Shown piece after piece: positions 61,005-64,000 of a stretch of DNA of 64,000 nucleotides; the first letter of the stretch is position 1; each line of letters begins with the position of its first letter. The notes beneath the pieces are model-generated. The model searched no databases and was not told where the DNA came from. It worked only from the letters and a program-made list of their open reading frames with translations. Position numbers and translations under genes: made by a program. The stretch is from positions 1,728,001 to 1,792,000 of the forward strand of contig OZ257142.1 in the NCBI GenBank assembly GCA_965279035.1, read 5' to 3'. This DNA comes from Bacteroidia bacterium. Its GTDB lineage: Bacteria > Bacteroidota > Bacteroidia > M30B66.

Positions 61005-61234
61005 TTATCCTAATAGATTGGAGCAGAAGTCAAAATTCCTTCTGGCGATCTAAAAATAGGACAAATGTGCTTTAGTCGATCAAAGGAAATTGAACCCCAA
61101 ATCTCAATGTTCCAAAGTAGATTTTGAGCCTTTGGGCTCCAATCGAGTTTTCTTCAAGCAATAGGTCAAAAACCTCTGAAAGGCTTGATTTTTCTCGATT
61201 TTCTAAAATTTCGTATGCAAATTTTATGCAAATG

Positions 61235-61271
61235 AAAAAAGCGACTACAAAGTTGACCTTCGTAATCGCTT
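61235..61271 (-). terminator. Terminator downstream of tRNA-Arg
   Basis: AAGCGATTAC...GTAGTCGCTT stem ending in a T6 run on the minus strand. Confidence 0.65.
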
Positions 61272-61282
61272 GATATTCAGTG

Positions 61283-61356
61283 TGGTCCTGCAGGGAGTCG
61301 AACCCCGAACCTCCTGATCCGTAGTCAGGTGCTCTATCCAATTAAGCTACAGAACC
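61283..61356 (-). tRNA. tRNA-Arg(ACG)
   Basis: GGTTCTG/CAGGACC acceptor stem, D-loop TAGCTTAATTGGATAGAGC, CCTGA-CTACGGA-TCAGG anticodon arm, GGTTCGACTCC T-arm; CCA not encoded. Confidence 0.97.
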
Positions 61357-61369
61357 GATAATGAGGGCG

Positions 61370-61377
61370 CAAATATA
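61370..61377 (-). promoter_or_regulatory. -7 promoter element of the tRNA gene
   Basis: TATATTTG 13 bp upstream of the mature tRNA 5' end. Confidence 0.7.
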
Positions 61378-61448
61378 CGGTCTTTCGTAATGTTTGCAAG
61401 TAAAATTTGAAAATAATTAAAGGCTTGAGATTCAGGGTGAAAAAGCCC

Positions 61449-61730
61449 TTACATGATTTCTACCGATAAACCTCGGTCGAGTAGGGCGACTGCGCGGGGT
61501 TGTAAATCTTCCCAAGTACCGGTCTTAACGGAACATTTACCCGCATAGTGAACGATGTATGCACATTGCTCGGCTTGAATGGTTTCGTGGTTGCAGACTT
61601 CTACCAGCCAGCGAATCACATCGTCGAAGGAGTTCACTTCATCGTTAAAAAGCACTAACTGACGTTGGTCTACTTCTAAAAGTAAAGTGTCGAACTCTTC
61701 ATTCTCATCGTACTGTGTAGCGTTGAGCAT
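61449..61730 (-). CDS. clpS: ATP-dependent Clp protease adaptor ClpS
   Basis: LVLFNDEVNSFD.VI..L...C.H...QAEQCA.IVH..GKC.VK.G. Confidence 0.9.
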   Translation of the reverse strand: MLNATQYDENEEFDTLLLEVDQRQLVLFNDEVNSFDDVIRWLVEVCNHETIQAEQCAYIVHYAGKCSVKTGTWEDLQPRAVALLDRGLSVEIM

Positions 61731-61782
61731 AGCTTTTCTGTTTTGAACAGCAAAAATAAAGGAAAAAAAGCGAAAAAAAGAA

Positions 61783-62421
61783 CTACTGAATTCGCTTTCT
61801 CTGATTCAAATAAGTTCGGCTCTCGTTGCCCTCCAGTAAGCGGCGAATGTTTTTGGTATGAGTGATAATGACCAAAAGTGGTATCATCACCGCGAAAATG
61901 ATGGTGGCATCGTGATGAACGCGGTCGATAACCAAGAGAAAAATCCCGTAAAACAAAGAAGCGAGTATAGATCCTAAAGAAACATACTTGGTTAGTACAA
62001 GCACCAATAAGAACAATCCAATACAGCACAATGCCGCAATAGGCTGCATCCCAATAGCAACTCCAAGCAAGGTAGCGACTCCTTTACCACCACGAAATCC
62101 TGCGAAGATTGGAAACACATGTCCAACCACTGCTGCCGAACCACATAATACTCGGAAGTTTTCAAACAAAACCGGCGAATCACCAGCACTTAAAAACCAA
62201 ACGGGCAACATCACCGCAATCCAACCTTTGAATGCATCAATCAATAAAACTGGAATACCAGCTCGTTTCCCTAACACCCGAAAGGTATTGGTAGCACCGG
62301 CATTTCCACTGCCATGTTCCCGCACATCTAAGCCATAAAACCACTGCCCAATCCATACCGCCGAAGGGATCGACCCCAACAGATAAGAAATAAGCAATAA
62401 AAGGGTTCCGATTAGAATCAT
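61783..62421 (-). CDS. plsY: Glycerol-3-phosphate acyltransferase PlsY
   Basis: YLLGSIP, GSGNAGATN, DAFKG, GHVFP...GGKGVAT, H..NI.RL..G.E. Confidence 0.97.
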   Translation of the reverse strand: MILIGTLLLLISYLLGSIPSAVWIGQWFYGLDVREHGSGNAGATNTFRVLGKRAGIPVLLIDAFKGWIAVMLPVWFLSAGDSPVLFENFRVLCGSAAVVGHVFPIFAGFRGGKGVATLLGVAIGMQPIAALCCIGLFLLVLVLTKYVSLGSILASLFYGIFLLVIDRVHHDATIIFAVMIPLLVIITHTKNIRRLLEGNESRTYLNQRKRIQ

Positions 62422-62608
62422 GAATGCAAATATAACAATGTTAAAGAAATGTTATGTTAAGGTTATTTCAGGTTACCAACAGTTCATTTTTAAAATATTC
62501 AAACTGCTTGTGTTTTCAATGGTATAAACAATCATTACGTTTTTAAAACAATGTATATCTTCAATCCATCATTTGGTTAACTAACTATGATAAATTCTTC
62601 ATTCACGT

Positions 62609-62830
62609 ATGGCTGTATGAGCATCTTGACTATTAATCATTCATGTTTGTCTGCGACGCCATACTTTCTTGTCTTGAAACACGCTTCGACAAGCTCAGCG
62701 TGCATGCAAAGAAATTCAAGTCTGGACGATGCTTCAACGCGCAATGCCATTTTTCGCCCTTTGTGCTAGTAGCTATATTTTTCTAAGGAATGGCGATACG
62801 CTGCCTCGCCGCCCAGACAGGCCATCGCAC
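62609..62830 (+). repeat. Dispersed repeat copy 3 (central structured part)
   Basis: Colinear with ~47432-47657, sharing an identical ACACGCTTCGACAAGCTCAGCGTGCATGCAAAGAA block, AAGTCTGGACGATGCT and CCTCGCCGCCCAGACA. Confidence 0.85.
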
Positions 62831-63515
62831 TAGATTCGTGTTTGCATCCTATTACTTGAGCTAGATTCTATTAACTGTATATCATTCAACTGTATTAGAA
62901 GCTGAATTTTCTATAATGTAAAAACGCTGTCTCACCGCTCAGACAAACTAGCACAAGTTCCGTAATAATCTCCCCTCTCCCCGAGGAGAGGGGCCGGGGG
63001 TGAGGTCTCCGCCCAGACAGGCCATCGCACTAGATTCGTGTTTGCATCCTATTACTTGAGCTAGATTCTATTAACTGTATATCATTCAACTGTATTAGAA
63101 GCTGAATTTTCTATAATGTGAAAACGCTGTCTCACCGCTCAGACAAACTAGCACAAGTTCCGTAATAATCTCCCCTCTCCCCGAGGAGATGGGCTGGGGG
63201 TGAGGTTGCCGCCCAGACAGGCCAACGCACTAGATCCGTGTTGGCATCCTAATACTTGAGCTAGATTCTATTAACTGTATATCATTCAACTGTATTAGAA
63301 GCTGAATTTTCTATAATATGAAAACGCTGTCTCACCGCTCAGACAAACTAGCACAAGTTCCGTAATAATCTCCCCTCTCTCGGAGGAGAGGGGCCGGGGG
63401 TGAGGTCACCGCTCGCTAGATTCGTGCTTTGCATTTAGGTTCTTTAGTGAAAAGGATTCAATTCAACTAAAATAAAACTCCCCTCTCCCCGAGGAGAGGG
63501 GCTGGGGGTGAGGTC
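62811..63515. repeat. Tandem array of 200-bp units (3 full + 1 degenerate), each ending in a CCCCTCTCC-N4-GGAGAGGGG..GGGGGTGAGG hairpin
   Basis: GCCCAGACAGGCCA recurs at 62811, 63011, 63211; a fourth hairpin at 63478-63515. Confidence 0.95.
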
Positions 63516-63564
63516 ACAACAAAGTTCCATTTCTAAACCTAATTTTAATAGATCAACAAACAGC

Positions 63565-63602
63565 AAAAAAAAAGCGCCCATTTCCTTCGAAATGGGCGCT
63601 TT
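63565..63602 (-). terminator. Intrinsic terminator of the terminal T9SS gene
   Basis: AAAGCGCCCATTTC-CTTC-GAAATGGGCGCTTT with an A-tract on the plus side. Confidence 0.85.
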
Positions 63603-63619
63603 GATGAGCATATCTAAAT

Positions 63620-64000
63620 TTATTGTTTAAAGAACTTCAAAGCTTCCGCTTTTCCTTCGGCTTCGAAATTTACTTGGTAAATACCAGTAGGAAGTAAAGA
63701 TAAACTTAGCTTGAAATTACTTGCTTCCGGATGATCTGTTGCGTTCAATGGATAGCTTGCAATCAATTGTCCAACCGTGTTGAATACACGTAACTGCGCT
63801 TTTCCTTTGTATGCTGGTAATGTCACATTCACATTACCATCGTTCGGATTTGGGAACAGTTTCATGCTCGATCCACGTTCTTGACTCAATTCCTGTGGTT
63901 CTTCTTCGTTTGAAAGTCGCGCAAATACGGCAGAACCATTCAAGCAAATAACACCATCCACATCAAAACCATCCGCATCGGCTGCGGGGAAATCGCTGCG
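63620..64000 (-). CDS. T9SS-secreted protein, C-terminal part (runs off window end)
   Basis: LFPNPNDG...VFNTVGQ...GIYQV CTD; frame open to the window edge. Confidence 0.85.
   Translation of the reverse strand, partial: RSDFPAADADGFDVDGVICLNGSAVFARLSNEEEPQELSQERGSSMKLFPNPNDGNVNVTLPAYKGKAQLRVFNTVGQLIASYPLNATDHPEASNFKLSLSLLPTGIYQVNFEAEGKAEALKFFKQ

Noticed and set aside
61072-61341. 89-aa ORF
   Set aside because: Its N-terminus is a translation of the tRNA-Arg gene
10-62338. Many 60-165 aa ORFs antisense to or nested within long genes (e.g. 6099-6593, 11080-11418, 33338-33775, 61988-62338)
   Set aside because: Shadow frames of well-supported CDSs with no recognisable motifs
62587-62769. 60-aa ORF
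   Set aside because: Lies within the non-coding repeat; the homologous copy at 47.5 kb has no matching ORF in the track
62811-63515. CRISPR array
   Set aside because: Units are near-identical over the whole 200 bp, with no unique spacers and no cas genes

Overview
AT-rich Bacteroidota chromosome segment. The assignment rests on TAnnTTTG -7 promoters and eight proteins with T9SS C-terminal sorting domains. 1-43 kb is mostly core and envelope genes: mreBC, purH, fbp, ABC permeases, a VIT1 transporter, ade and folE/PTPS. It also carries a SiaB/SiaC kinase module with two exported partners and a TerB-like ABCG exporter, a frameshifted RelE/ParE toxin-antitoxin pair, and an MbnP/MbnH/CopZ copper locus led by a T9SS-secreted His/Met-rich propeller. 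44-61 kb is an accessory region ending at tRNA-Arg(ACG). It holds an ECF sigma cluster, several T9SS cargo genes, one IS4-family element (a second lies at 39-40 kb; both have clean IRs and 9-bp TSDs), two near-identical IS3 copies bracketing one T9SS gene, and degenerate attC-like palindromes. A non-coding structured repeat family occurs three times: a ~410-bp copy at 47.4-47.8 kb, an inverted IS3-truncated copy at 58.7 kb, and a copy at 62.6-63.55 kb. The last copy is expanded into an exact 200-bp-period tandem array. All family assignments come from recognising motifs by eye; no searches were run.
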